64,000 nucleotides of DNA from an uncultured Planctomycetales bacterium (GCA_964564785.1 CAZMCT010000005.1:1661-65660), one strand, 5' to 3'; shown: positions 1 through 9,664, counted from the first letter of the stretch. Numbers and translations: made by a program. Notes: generated by a model from the letters alone, not told the origin.

Positions 1-966
1 CCGCTGCTGAATCAGGGTGCCGACGGGTGGGTGGGGGGCGCCGACGCCTGTGGTCGGCGCGACCGCTGCGTGGCGCGCGAGCCGGCCCGCGGCGGCGTGC
101 GGCCGGTCGAGTTCGCTAGCGAAGACCCACCGGCCGTCGCGGAGGTGCTCGGAATCCGCCGAACCGGCACGTTCTGGTTCGACCCCGCCGCGGGGGTGAT
201 CACAAGCTTCGAGAGTGATGAATTCGAGTCCGCGGCCCAGAAGCGCACCCGCGTCAGGGGCAGCCTGCGGCAGCGTGCGGTCAAACCGGCCACGTGGGCG
301 GCGCGCCGGGCGGCGGAGGCCGCGCGGTATGTCCGCGCTCTGCGCCATGAGGAGCGGCTGCTGCACGAGCTGCTGGGTCAGCCCGACGCGGCCACGCAGA
401 CGCTGGATCAGCTCGACCGGCTATGGGCGGGATTTCAGGGGGACGTCGAGGGCCGGGCCGAGTCTCCGTTCGTCGCGCTGGCTGAGCAGCGGCGTCAGTG
501 GCTCCTGCTCGACCGTGAACGGCTGCTGACGTGGGCGCTGCTGGCGGAGCGCTGGCTGGGGCGACCCGCCCGAAGTTGGACGCTTCAGGACGCCACCGGG
601 TCGACAGTGACGAGCGAAGCGGCCCGCCGGGGTGTCGTCGTCGAGGGTTTCTGGTCGGCGCGCACGCGCTGCGGGTTCCGATTCGTGGAACTCCTCCGTT
701 CCTGGCCGCAGGTCCCCGGCGGGCGGACCGTGTCCGTCCTGTGCTACAACACCGATCACGAGTGGGACTTCGCCCGGCGGGCGGCAACAGCAGTGCGAGC
801 GCCGTGCCTGCTCGCGGGTAACCTGGCCGCAGCGGAAGCGCTCCCCGAGACCCCGGTGCTGCGCGTGCTGGATGCATCGGGGGTCGTGCGTGGTATTTGG
901 ATCGGCTTGCAGCCGGCGTACCCGGAGGCGGTTGAGCTGGTCCAGAGGCTGGCCCGGCCGCCATGA
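1..966 (+). CDS. hypothetical protein (possibly 5'-truncated by the window edge); the C-terminal region looks like a thioredoxin-like fold
   Basis: Frame 1 is open from base 1 (no stop before the GTG at 31) and ends at TGA 964-966. Composition is coding-like. The C-terminal ~110 aa (VVVEGFWSARTRCG...TPVLRVLDASGVVRGIWIG) resemble a TlpA/redoxin pattern with a single Cys. Family not recognised. Confidence 0.45.
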   Translation, partial: PLLNQGADGWVGGADACGRRDRCVAREPARGGVRPVEFASEDPPAVAEVLGIRRTGTFWFDPAAGVITSFESDEFESAAQKRTRVRGSLRQRAVKPATWAARRAAEAARYVRALRHEERLLHELLGQPDAATQTLDQLDRLWAGFQGDVEGRAESPFVALAEQRRQWLLLDRERLLTWALLAERWLGRPARSWTLQDATGSTVTSEAARRGVVVEGFWSARTRCGFRFVELLRSWPQVPGGRTVSVLCYNTDHEWDFARRAATAVRAPCLLAGNLAAAEALPETPVLRVLDASGVVRGIWIGLQPAYPEAVELVQRLARPP

Positions 967-1027
967 CGGGGGCCAACCAGGCCCCACCCGCGAGCCGTGG
1001 GTGTGTCCTGCAATACGGGAGACCGAT

Positions 1028-1903
1028 GTGACGTCGCGAAACCTCCGGCGCCGGTTGGGTTCGTGGTACGTGTTCGTGCTCGTGGTGCCCATACTCGGGC
1101 TCACCGGCTTGACCGGTTGCGCCCGCCGCGACGCGACCGTTGAGCTGCGGCCGACGGCGCGGCCGGCGCTGTCCGCAGCGGAGGCCGACGCGCGGGCCGA
1201 CGTGGTGCGGCGTGACCCGGTCGCATACCTGCGGACCGTGTATGAGAATTGTCGCCGGCTTGAGCACTACGAGCTGCTCTTTACGCGCCAGGAGCGGCGC
1301 GGGCTGTTGTCGCGTCTCCAAGACCCCGAGCACATCCGCTGCCGCTTTCGACGGCAGCCGTTCAGCGTGCGGATGCAGTGGCTCGATGAGAACTCGACCT
1401 ACCGCGAAAGCAGCTATATCGAGAACCAGTTTGACGGCCGCATGCGGTTCGTCACCCGACGTTGGGTCCCGCCGCTGCTGCCGCCGCCCGCGGTGAACCG
1501 CGTGGATGTCAATCTTCCCGTCACGTTCGGCGAATCGCGACGGCCGATCAGCGATTTCGGCCTGGAAGCGATGATGGCCCGCACGCTGAATTCACTGCGA
1601 GAGGCCGGTGCTGCGGTGCTGGTCAGCTACCAGGGGCTTGAGGAACTGCCGGGTGGCGGGCCGCTGATGCACCTGATTCGCATCGAGTATCCGCCCGACG
1701 CGAAGCGCACGCCGATCCACGAGCTGTTCATCGACGTGCGCACGGATCTGCCGGCCGGTTCGGTCTTTCGGCTCGCGACCGGGGAAATCGACGCCGGCTA
1801 TTTCTACCGCGAGCTGAACGCGGACGTGCGCTGGAAGGATGCGGATTTTCTGCTGCCCGAGGAACGGGAAGCTGCCGAGCCCCGGCCGGCAGGAGCTTCG
1901 TAG
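1028..1903 (+). CDS. lipoprotein, DUF1571-like (from memory)
   Basis: In-frame GTG at 1028 is preceded by GGGAG. The N-terminus VTSRNLRRRLGSWYVFVLVVPILGLTGLTG/C is a lipoprotein signal peptide (lipobox LTGC). The 632 start in the ORF track overlaps the previous gene and is rejected. Confidence 0.6.
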   Translation: MTSRNLRRRLGSWYVFVLVVPILGLTGLTGCARRDATVELRPTARPALSAAEADARADVVRRDPVAYLRTVYENCRRLEHYELLFTRQERRGLLSRLQDPEHIRCRFRRQPFSVRMQWLDENSTYRESSYIENQFDGRMRFVTRRWVPPLLPPPAVNRVDVNLPVTFGESRRPISDFGLEAMMARTLNSLREAGAAVLVSYQGLEELPGGGPLMHLIRIEYPPDAKRTPIHELFIDVRTDLPAGSVFRLATGEIDAGYFYRELNADVRWKDADFLLPEEREAAEPRPAGAS

Positions 1904-1906
1904 CGA

Positions 1907-2431
1907 TTAGCGCCGGCGTAGGCGGGGACGCGTCACCGCCACTCCCAACCCCACCAGCAGCAGCGTGGCGGGCTCGGGTACGACGAAACGCGTGTCCGCC
2001 GGGGTGGCCTGTCCCGCGCTGGGGAAGCCGTCCGCCACCGGCTGCGGGGGGCCGGCCGTCGCGGCGGGGAAGGTCGGCAACGGACCGAGTAATTCCGCGG
2101 ACAGCGCCGCGTCGCCTGGCACGCAGACACCGGCATCGCCCAGGTGGAGCGTCCGGGCGAGCGGCCGGTCCGAGTCGCAGGCCGGTGGTCCTGTCCCGAG
2201 CGCGGGGAAATCCGAGCTGGGTGCGGGGAAGAAGTGGGGCCCGAAAAGTGAAGCACCCGGGCTGCGGGACGCGCCCGGGTGTTCCGGAGTGCCGCGGAAT
2301 ACGCAAGTAGCGCCCGAGCCCTTTCCCGCAGGCGGCGCGCCGTGCGGGCTCGGGCCGGCTGTGGCTGTCCGCAACGCGGCTGTGCTTGTCAGCCACGCCG
2401 CGGCCAGCACTGTCGCTGTGTGCTTCCGCAT
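1907..2431 (-). CDS. PEP-CTERM sorting domain-containing secreted protein
   Basis: Signal peptide MRKHTATVLAAAWLTSTAALRTATA. The C-terminus VPEPATLLLVGLGVAVTRPRLRRR has a PEP motif, a TM helix and an Arg cluster. Internal ATG at 2431 chosen as start. Confidence 0.75.
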   Translation of the reverse strand: MRKHTATVLAAAWLTSTAALRTATAGPSPHGAPPAGKGSGATCVFRGTPEHPGASRSPGASLFGPHFFPAPSSDFPALGTGPPACDSDRPLARTLHLGDAGVCVPGDAALSAELLGPLPTFPAATAGPPQPVADGFPSAGQATPADTRFVVPEPATLLLVGLGVAVTRPRLRRR

Positions 2432-2661
2432 CTGTACACTCCGCAGGCCGGCCGCGGGGTGCCGGAGCGACACCGCCGGCGCGGGCCGGCAACCTTCCCC
2501 AGGGAACGTTTCAATACGCGCGGGGGGCGGGTCAAGTGGCGACGCCGTCCGATAGTTCGGTCAGGATCCGCCGTTGCCGACCGGCTGAGGGGTTCGCGGC
2601 CGAGACGCGCGCTCGGGCGGTGGGAGCCCCCGGCGGCGGAGTGAATACGGTAACATGAGGC

Positions 2662-4620
2662 ATGGGCTCGATCCGGCTGGAAAGTGTGACGAAGCAATTC
2701 GGCGCGCGGGTGGTGCTGGAGGACGTGACGCTCGAGCTTCACGCCGGCCAGGTGGCGGCGCTGGTCGGGACGAACGGCGTCGGCAAGACGACGCTGTTCC
2801 GCATCATCGCGGGGCTGGTCGCTCCGGACAGCGGGACCGTGACGGTCTCGAAGGGCCTGGAGGTCGGCTACCTGCCGCAGGAGCCGGACATCCGGGCGGG
2901 CGCAACGCTCCGCGAGGCGGTGGCGGAAGCGTTCAGCGAGTTGATGGTGCTGGAGCGACGGCTCGAGCGGCTGTCGGAGCAGGTGGCGGCCGAACACGCC
3001 GGGCCGCAGCTTGACGCTCAGCTTGCGCAGTACGACCGGCTGCGGGCGCAATTCGAGGCGGCGGGAGGGTACAAGTTCGAGCAGCGGCTGGGGGAAGTTC
3101 TGGGCGGGCTGGGGTTCGGGCCGGCGGACTACGATCTGCCCGTGGCGGCGCTGTCGGGCGGGCAGAAGTGCCGCGCGGCCCTGGCGCGGCTGCTGCTCCA
3201 GGAGGCGCGGTTCCTGCTGCTGGACGAGCCCACGAACCACCTGGACATCGACGCGGTGCGCTGGCTCGAGAAATTCCTGGCCGGCCACCACGGCGGGGCG
3301 GTCATCATCTCGCACGACCGCTACCTGCTCGACCGGCTGGCGGAGCGGACGATCGAGCTGAGCGCGGGGCCCGGGGGCGGCGGGCGCGTGACGTCGTACC
3401 CGGGCAACTACTCGAATTACGCCCGGGCGCGCGAGCTGCGCCGGCGGACGCAACTGCGCGAATACGAACGGGATCAGGCGTTCATTGCGAAGGAACGGGA
3501 GTTCATCGCGCGTCATCTGGCCGGGCAGCGTACCAAGGAGGCGCAGGGCCGCCGCACACGGCTTCAGCGGCGGCTCGAGGCCGGCGAGTTCGTGGTCGAG
3601 CGCCCGGGCGCGCGGCGCGACGTCAAGCTCGACTTCGGCACCGATCGCGATCGCAAGGCCCGCGGCACGCTCCTGTTCCAGACGGAGGCGGTGCGCAAGC
3701 AGTATGGGGAAAAGGTGCTGTTCACCGACTTGGATCTCGCCGTGTACCGCGGCCAGCGGCTTGGAATCACCGGTCCCAATGGAACCGGCAAGACCACGCT
3801 GCTGAAGATGCTGATGGGGCTGGTGCCGCCCGACGCCGGAAAGGTGTACGCCGCACCGGCCGCGCGGGTCGGCTATTTCGCCCAGGAAACCACGGGGCTG
3901 GACCCGGAGCGGACAGTCGTGCAGGAGATCTGCGCGGTGCGGCCGGACCTGCTCGAGCGCGACGCACGCAACTACGCCGCCCGGTTCCTGTTCACGGGCG
4001 ACGACCCGTTCAAGCGCGTCGGACAGCTCTCGGGCGGCGAGCAGTCGCGGGTGCGACTGATGAAGCTAATGCTGGCGGACCCGGACGTGCTGGTGCTCGA
4101 CGAGCCGACGAACCACCTCGACATTCCGTCGCGCGAGGCGCTGGAGGCGGCCCTGCTCGAGTTTGCCGGCACGGTCATCGCCGTCAGCCACGACCGCTAT
4201 TTTCTCGACCGCACGGTCGAGCGGCTGCTCGTCATGCGGCCGGAGTCCGTTCGGCTTTACCCCGGGAACTACTCGTACTACATCGAGCAGGCCGAGCAGG
4301 CCCGCGCCCGCGCGGATGCGGCCCGCGAAGCGGCCCGGCAAGCCGAGCGCGACGCACAGCGCCGCAAGGCGGCCCGCCCCGGTCGGCCGCAGCCGCGGAC
4401 CGGACCGAAGTCACCGTTGTACAAGCTCACGCTCGAGGACCTCGAGCGGCGGATTCACGAGCGCGAACAGCAGCTTGCGGCGGTGCAGGAGCGTTTTGGG
4501 GACGCGGGTGTATATCGCGAGCCGGCCGCGCTGGCCGAGCTGCAAGCCGAGTTCGAGCGGTTGCGGGCCGAGTTGGCGGAGGCGGAGGCGGTGTGGCTCG
4601 AGAAAATGGAGGGTGCGTAG
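2662..4620 (+). CDS. ABC-F family ATP-binding cassette protein (two fused ABC domains, no TM domain)
   Basis: Walker A GTNGVGKTT and GPNGTGKTT; signatures LSGGQKCR and LSGGEQSR; Walker B LLLDEPTNHLD and LVLDEPTNHLD. Has an inter-domain linker and a charged coiled-coil C-terminus. Confidence 0.95.
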   Translation: MGSIRLESVTKQFGARVVLEDVTLELHAGQVAALVGTNGVGKTTLFRIIAGLVAPDSGTVTVSKGLEVGYLPQEPDIRAGATLREAVAEAFSELMVLERRLERLSEQVAAEHAGPQLDAQLAQYDRLRAQFEAAGGYKFEQRLGEVLGGLGFGPADYDLPVAALSGGQKCRAALARLLLQEARFLLLDEPTNHLDIDAVRWLEKFLAGHHGGAVIISHDRYLLDRLAERTIELSAGPGGGGRVTSYPGNYSNYARARELRRRTQLREYERDQAFIAKEREFIARHLAGQRTKEAQGRRTRLQRRLEAGEFVVERPGARRDVKLDFGTDRDRKARGTLLFQTEAVRKQYGEKVLFTDLDLAVYRGQRLGITGPNGTGKTTLLKMLMGLVPPDAGKVYAAPAARVGYFAQETTGLDPERTVVQEICAVRPDLLERDARNYAARFLFTGDDPFKRVGQLSGGEQSRVRLMKLMLADPDVLVLDEPTNHLDIPSREALEAALLEFAGTVIAVSHDRYFLDRTVERLLVMRPESVRLYPGNYSYYIEQAEQARARADAAREAARQAERDAQRRKAARPGRPQPRTGPKSPLYKLTLEDLERRIHEREQQLAAVQERFGDAGVYREPAALAELQAEFERLRAELAEAEAVWLEKMEGA

Positions 4621-4629
4621 GGGGGCGGG

Positions 4630-5289
4630 CTATGCGCCCGCCGCGGCCGGCATCCCCATGAGGACGAAGGAGAGCACAACGGTGCTGAACAGGCACAGCA
4701 GCAGCGCGGCGGAGCCGATGAGCCCGGCCCAGCCCGGCCAGTTGCCCGTGCGGCTCTGAACAAGGCTCGCGATCCCCAGCCCGAGCCCGACCAGTCCGAA
4801 CAGGACCGAGCCGCAGGTCCCGATCGCATTGATCACCACGGCCTCCGGGTGCGACTTCATGAGTTCCTCCATCTGCGCCTCGAGATTCGTCAGATTTGCA
4901 GGCTGTCCGGAACGCCCCGCACGCAGCCCGAAGGTGGCTCCGTAGATCATCGCCCCGGCGAGCAGCACCATGCCGAGCAGCGCGCAGGCGAACGACGGCT
5001 TGCCCAGGCGCAGTGCCAAGCGCTGACGTTCGCTGATCGGCGGCGCCGCGTCCGTCCAGGTCGGGCCGCTCGGCGCCGTCTCGGACGACGGTAGGGGGGG
5101 CGCGGCTGCCTCGCCGCTTGCTCCGCTCGCCAGCGGGCGGGCCGTGACGCCCTCGCCGGGCCGGTATGTGGATTCCGGTGGCACGCGGACCATGCTGCGG
5201 CAGTACGGGCACGCGGCCGTCTGGCCGGCATGGACGTCATCGACCTCGATGGGCTGGCCGCAGCGTGTGCAACAGAACTGGATCGGCAT
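4630..5289 (-). CDS. zinc-ribbon membrane protein, hypothetical
   Basis: N-terminal CxxC...CxxC ribbon (CTRCGQPIEV...ACPYCRS), a Pro/Ala-rich linker, then several hydrophobic helices (FACALLGMVLLAGAMIY, GSVLFGLVGLGLGIASLV, LIGSAALLLCLFSTVVLSFVLMG). Confidence 0.6.
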   Translation of the reverse strand: MPIQFCCTRCGQPIEVDDVHAGQTAACPYCRSMVRVPPESTYRPGEGVTARPLASGASGEAAAPPLPSSETAPSGPTWTDAAPPISERQRLALRLGKPSFACALLGMVLLAGAMIYGATFGLRAGRSGQPANLTNLEAQMEELMKSHPEAVVINAIGTCGSVLFGLVGLGLGIASLVQSRTGNWPGWAGLIGSAALLLCLFSTVVLSFVLMGMPAAAGA

Positions 5290-5415
5290 GGCGGCTCCGT
5301 GCTCAAGCCGGCGGAGCGCGGGCCGCCGGCGTCGCGGGATGATAACGGGGCTGCGCGCGACTGTCAGGGCGGGGACCGACGACGAAAGGCAAGGAGCGTT
5401 GCTCGCCCGGGCATC

Positions 5416-5949
5416 TTACGACGGGGCGGCCGTGGGGGCGGGGAGCAGGGCGGTCGCGACGGCGTGGCGGACGGCTGAGAGTCGCTGGGCGCCGCGCTGG
5501 CCGATCGCGAGCATGAGGGTCTGCACCGCGACCTCGGGAATATGGCCGAGATGTTGCTGGAGGGTCAGATCGTCGAGTTCCTTGTCCTCGGCCGGGAGGG
5601 TGTCGGCTTCGAAGCTGCCGAAGAGGGTCAGGGAGTGCGTGTGGAGAGGCCCCTGGCCGTCGCCGCGGCCGACCCACTGGTCCCATTCGGCCAGGGAGAG
5701 AGTACCGCCGCGAACGGCATTGCGCAGGGCGAGGAACTCCTCTGCGAGCGTGGGCCAGATGAGGCTGGTTCCGCCGCAGAACGTGAGGAAGAAGCTCTCG
5801 CTCGGGGCGTTGCCGCGCGGCCGGCGTTCCGCGATGTGGCGGGCGAGCGGTGGACGCCGCAGGTCGGAGCCGCCGAAGACGGTGATGTAGACGCCGCCGT
5901 CGGCCGAGAGCACGCCCTCGTGTCCGGCGAACATGCAGAAGTGGGCCAT
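5416..5949 (-). CDS. hypothetical protein with a triple hFGG-type beta-strand repeat (LiaF-C/DUF2154-like?)
   Basis: 177-aa ORF with three similar motifs: ITVFGGSDLRRPP, LTFCGGTSLIWPT and LTLFGSFEADTLP. ATG start. No other support. Confidence 0.5.
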   Translation of the reverse strand: MAHFCMFAGHEGVLSADGGVYITVFGGSDLRRPPLARHIAERRPRGNAPSESFFLTFCGGTSLIWPTLAEEFLALRNAVRGGTLSLAEWDQWVGRGDGQGPLHTHSLTLFGSFEADTLPAEDKELDDLTLQQHLGHIPEVAVQTLMLAIGQRGAQRLSAVRHAVATALLPAPTAAPS

Positions 5950-6086
5950 CGGGGCACCTCCAGGTCCGATCGCACGGGTGTATTCGCGGCCCGGCCACCG
6001 TTATTCTGCCCGGGGGAGCGGCAAACGGGTAGCCGCGGTGGGGGAACGGGTCAGGGGAACACGGAACAGGGGACAGGTGGGGGAAC

Positions 6087-6219
6087 CCTGTCATTCCGAG
6101 TGAGGTCGCCGCAGGTGGCGAGGAGGGAGCCGGCCTCGGACGCGGGGGCTCATCCGTGCGCGAGAGCTGTCTTCGTCCGCGGCCAGATTCGTCCTCGTTG
6201 CGCTGGTCGGAATGACAGG
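6087..6219. repeat. 12-bp inverted repeat pair CCTGTCATTCCG / CGGAATGACAGG flanking 109 bp
   Basis: CCTGTCATTCCG at 6087-6098 and its exact reverse complement at 6208-6219. The pair is preceded by a G-tract-rich stretch (GGGGAAC x3, 6036-6086). Confidence 0.85.
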
Positions 6220-6290
6220 ATGGGGCGCTCGGCGGAATGACGGAATGGGGCGCTGGGCGGAATGACGGAATGGGGCGCTGGGCGGAATGA
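6209..6290. repeat. 25-bp tandem repeat, about 3.3 copies (GGAATGACGGAATGGGGCGCTGGGC)
   Basis: Units at 6209-6233 (GGAATGACAGGATGGGGCGCTCGGC), 6234-6258 and 6259-6283 (the last two identical), plus a partial GGAATGA at 6284-6290. The array ends 5 nt before the topA stop codon complement. Confidence 0.9.
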
Positions 6291-6295
6291 AAGCG

Positions 6296-9200
6296 TCAGC
6301 GCGCGCCCACCGCCGCCTCCGGCTTCTCGAAATCGAAGCCCGGCGGGAGCTCTTTGGTGCCCTTGCACTTGGGGTAGGCGCTGCACCCGAGGAAACGTCC
6401 GCGGCGGCCTTGCCGCAGCACCATGAGCTGTCCGCACTCGTCGCAGCGAATATCGGTCACGACCGGCTTCGGCCGTTCCGGGGCGGGCAGCAGCTCTTCC
6501 GCCTGCTTTTTGGCTTCGCCGCGGAGATTCGCGTTGAACCGGCAGCGGGGGAAGTTGCTACACGAGAAGAACGGCCCGAAGCGACCGCGTTTCAGCTCCA
6601 TGGTGCTGCCACATTCGGGGCATTGCAGCGTGCCCGGCGGGGGCAGCGTTTCGACGACCGGCCGGCCGGTGCGGGTCAACGCGAACCCGGGCGGTGGCGC
6701 GTCACCCGGATGCCAGCGGCCGCCATTGCCGCCGTTGCCGTTGGTGCCACCGGACAGCGGCAGGGGGGCGGGCTTTTCGCCGTTGGCCGCGGCGCGCGCC
6801 TTGGCCTCGTCGAGTTTCTCCATCGGCATCGTCTGGCGGCAGCGCGGGAAACCGGAGCAGGCCACGAACTGCCCGCGCCGGCCGGATCGCAAGACCATCG
6901 GCCGGCCGCACTTCTCACAGTTGACCCCGGCAGGCTCGGGCGGTGGGGCGGGCTTGCGCTCGAGCCGCACGTCAGGCGGGATCGAGGCGGTGTTCTTGCA
7001 GTTTGGATAGCGGTCGCATCCGAGAAAGACGCGCGTGCCCTTGCGCTTGAGGACCATCGTGCCTTCGCCGCACGTTTCGCAGGGCCGCTTGAGCTCCTCT
7101 TCGGTGACCAGCCGCAGCGGCTCGCCGTGCTCGTTGCAGGGGATCGTGCTGCGGCACTCGGGATAGCCGGTGCAGCCCAGGAAGTAGCCGTTGCGGGCTT
7201 GGCGGACGACCATCGCGCGGCCGCAGGCCTCGCAGTGGTGCGCGCTGGGCTTGGGCAGGATCGGGTTGCCTTCGCGGTCCAGGTTGAGCGTGCCTTTGCA
7301 GCGTGGGTACTTGCTACAGGCGAGGAAGCGACCCGTGCGGCTCCAGCGATAAACCATGGGCGCGTCGCACTGCGGGCAGCGATGCGGGCTGGGCTCGCCC
7401 CGGACCGTCTGCATTTCCTCGCCGGCCCGGCCGAGCAGCTCGCGGAAGGGGTCGTAGAACTCGTGCAGGACGCGCACCCAGTCGAGGTGGGCCTCTTCGA
7501 TCTTGTCGAGCTCGTCTTCCATGTAAGACGTGAACTTGATGTCCATGATTTTCGGAAAGTGCTCGACCAGCTTGTCGGTCACCATCTCGCCCAGCGCGGT
7601 GGGCCGGAACTTGCGCTCGGTTTGCTCGACGTAGCCGCGGTCCTGGATCGTGTCGATGATGGTCGCGTAGGTGCTCGGCCGGCCGATGCCCTCGGTCTCG
7701 AGGGCCTTGACCAGGGACGCCTCGGTGTAACGCGGCGGGGGCGAAGTGAAGTGCTGCCGAGGCTCGAGGTCGAGTAGTCCCAGGGGCTGATCCGGTTGCA
7801 GGGCCGGGAGTAGTTGCTCCTCGCTCGAAACGCCCGCCACGCGCAAGTAGCCGTCAAACACGAGCTTGCGCCCGCGGCCGGTGAACCGGGCCAGGCCGCG
7901 CGGGGTGTCGGCGACCACGTGTACCGTCGTCGAATCCCACTGGGCCGGCGTCATTTGACAGGCCACGAACTGCTTCCATATGAGCTCATAAAGCCGGAAC
8001 TGTTCGGCGGTAAGGGCCTTTCGGACGCTGTCGGGCGTGCGGAACGGGTCGGTCGGGCGGATCGCCTCGTGGGCCTCCTGGGCCCGCTGTTGGCGGCGCT
8101 CGAAGACGTTGGGGCGCTCAGGCAAATATGCGGGCCCGTAATGCTCCTGAATGAAGCTGCGGGCCGATTCGAGGGCCTCTTTCGAAAGGTTGGTCGAGTC
8201 GGTCCGCATGTAGGTGATCAGGCCGACGGGCCCTTCGCCGTTGAGATCGATGCCCTCGTACAGCGCCTGGGCGATGCGCATCGTCCGCGAAGCCGCGAAC
8301 CGCAGGACGTTGCTGGCGGCCTGTTGCAGCGCGGCCGTCGTGAAGGGCGCGGCCGGACGTGAGCTGGTGCGTTTTGTGGCCAGGTCGGCGACCCGCAGGC
8401 CGGGGATGCGGGCGGGGTCGAGCCGGCCGACGATGGTGGTTTGCTCGAGACCGAGGTGGCCGTATTCGCTCCAAGGTCGCCGGTCTACGCGGCTGACGGA
8501 GAAGCCGAGAGCTTCAGCGACCGCCCGGGCACTTTCAACGGTGTGGGCCTCGAAAGGCTGGCCGTTGACCTCGACCAGTTCGGTCCGCAAGGCACCGTGC
8601 GGTCCAAGCCAGGCCTGAATGTCCTTCTGGCTGCGCTCTCCACTTGAAAGGAAGTCTTGCCAGGCCGCGCGGAGACGGTCGGCATCTGCGGGCTCGCCGG
8701 TGAGATAGGCGGCGATTTTCCAGCTCTCCTGGGGGACGAAGGCGCGGATTTCGCGCTCGCGCTCGACGATCAGGCGGACGGCGACGGACTGCACGCGACC
8801 CGCCGAGAGCCCTTTGGCGATCTTTTTCCACAAGAGCGGGCTGAGTTCGTAACCCACGATGCGGTCGAGGATTCGGCGCGCCTGCTGGGCGTTCACCCGG
8901 TCCTGATCGATCTCGTGCGGGTGGGCAAACGCCTCGCCGATCGCGGCCTTGGTGATCGCGTTGAAGATGACGCGGCGAACCTTGCCGGGCGGGAGGTTGA
9001 GCGCTTCCACAAGGTGCCAGGCGATCGCCTCGCCTTCGCGGTCGAGGTCGGTGGCGAGGTAAACTTCATCGGCTTCGGCGGCGAGCCGCCGGAGTTCGCT
9101 GACGACCTTGGCCCGCCCCTTTACGATTTCGTAAGTTGGGCGGAAATCATGATCTACGTCGATCCCAAAATCTCGCTCGGGCAGGTCCCGGACATGGCCG

Positions 9201-9310
9201 AGTGAGGCCTTCACGATGTAGTGCGAACCGAGGTATTTGTTGATGGTCTTCGCCTTCGCAGGCGACTCGACGATGACCAGGGCTTTGCCTTCTGCCTTAC
9301 GTTTCGCCAT
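6296..9310 (-). CDS. topA: DNA topoisomerase I with an extended multi-zinc-ribbon C-terminus
   Basis: TOPRIM N-terminus (KALVIVESPAKAKTINKYLG), active-site region LITYMRTDST, then a series of C4 zinc-ribbon repeats (CPQCDAPM...C..YPRC, CEACGRAM..., CETCGEG..., CEKCGRPM..., CPECGSTM..., CDECGQLM...). Confidence 0.97.
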   Translation of the reverse strand: MAKRKAEGKALVIVESPAKAKTINKYLGSHYIVKASLGHVRDLPERDFGIDVDHDFRPTYEIVKGRAKVVSELRRLAAEADEVYLATDLDREGEAIAWHLVEALNLPPGKVRRVIFNAITKAAIGEAFAHPHEIDQDRVNAQQARRILDRIVGYELSPLLWKKIAKGLSAGRVQSVAVRLIVEREREIRAFVPQESWKIAAYLTGEPADADRLRAAWQDFLSSGERSQKDIQAWLGPHGALRTELVEVNGQPFEAHTVESARAVAEALGFSVSRVDRRPWSEYGHLGLEQTTIVGRLDPARIPGLRVADLATKRTSSRPAAPFTTAALQQAASNVLRFAASRTMRIAQALYEGIDLNGEGPVGLITYMRTDSTNLSKEALESARSFIQEHYGPAYLPERPNVFERRQQRAQEAHEAIRPTDPFRTPDSVRKALTAEQFRLYELIWKQFVACQMTPAQWDSTTVHVVADTPRGLARFTGRGRKLVFDGYLRVAGVSSEEQLLPALQPDQPLGLLDLEPRQHFTSPPPRYTEASLVKALETEGIGRPSTYATIIDTIQDRGYVEQTERKFRPTALGEMVTDKLVEHFPKIMDIKFTSYMEDELDKIEEAHLDWVRVLHEFYDPFRELLGRAGEEMQTVRGEPSPHRCPQCDAPMVYRWSRTGRFLACSKYPRCKGTLNLDREGNPILPKPSAHHCEACGRAMVVRQARNGYFLGCTGYPECRSTIPCNEHGEPLRLVTEEELKRPCETCGEGTMVLKRKGTRVFLGCDRYPNCKNTASIPPDVRLERKPAPPPEPAGVNCEKCGRPMVLRSGRRGQFVACSGFPRCRQTMPMEKLDEAKARAAANGEKPAPLPLSGGTNGNGGNGGRWHPGDAPPPGFALTRTGRPVVETLPPPGTLQCPECGSTMELKRGRFGPFFSCSNFPRCRFNANLRGEAKKQAEELLPAPERPKPVVTDIRCDECGQLMVLRQGRRGRFLGCSAYPKCKGTKELPPGFDFEKPEAAVGAR

Positions 9311-9575
9311 GTGGATGCCGGCCTAACGGATTCCCGATGAGCAACTTACGACGCTGTACCCCGTGTAGAGCCAGACCGATCCGGCCCCGCCGAACCAGGA
9401 ATATCGGAATATCCCTCGGCCGAGTTCCCCAGAACCTTAGCCATGGGCGGCCCGGTGTCAAGCTGCGGGTCTTCGTAACCGTACACGCGAGATGGCACGG
9501 GGCGCATGACAAACGAGTCGGGCTCGGTCGCGTTCACACTCTTGGACGTTCCGATGGTAGGATCGGAGTGTTCCG

Positions 9576-9657
9576 GCGGGAGTGGCGGAATTGGCAGACG
9601 CACCAGGTTTAGGTCCTGGCGGTTCACCCCGTGCGGGTTCGAGTCCCGCCTCCCGCA
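9576..9657 (+). tRNA. tRNA-Leu (anticodon UAG), class II with a long variable arm, CCA not encoded
   Basis: Hand-folded cloverleaf. Acceptor GCGGGAG/CTCCCGC+A; D arm GCGG-AATTGGCAGA-CGC; anticodon stem CCAGG/CCTGG with loop TTTAGGT; 13-nt variable arm; T arm GCGGG-TTCGAGT-CCCGC. Confidence 0.93.
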
Positions 9658-9664
9658 GTCTCAT

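Noticed and set aside
6209-6290. Tandem 25-bp repeats considered as a possible CRISPR array.
   Set aside because: The units are directly adjacent with no spacers. There are only 3.3 copies and no cas genes in the window.
9311-9664. tRNA-Leu locus considered as an integration site for a genomic island or prophage.
   Set aside because: No integrase, no direct repeat of the tRNA 3' end and no compositional shift are visible. The flanking genes are topA and a c-di-GMP regulator.
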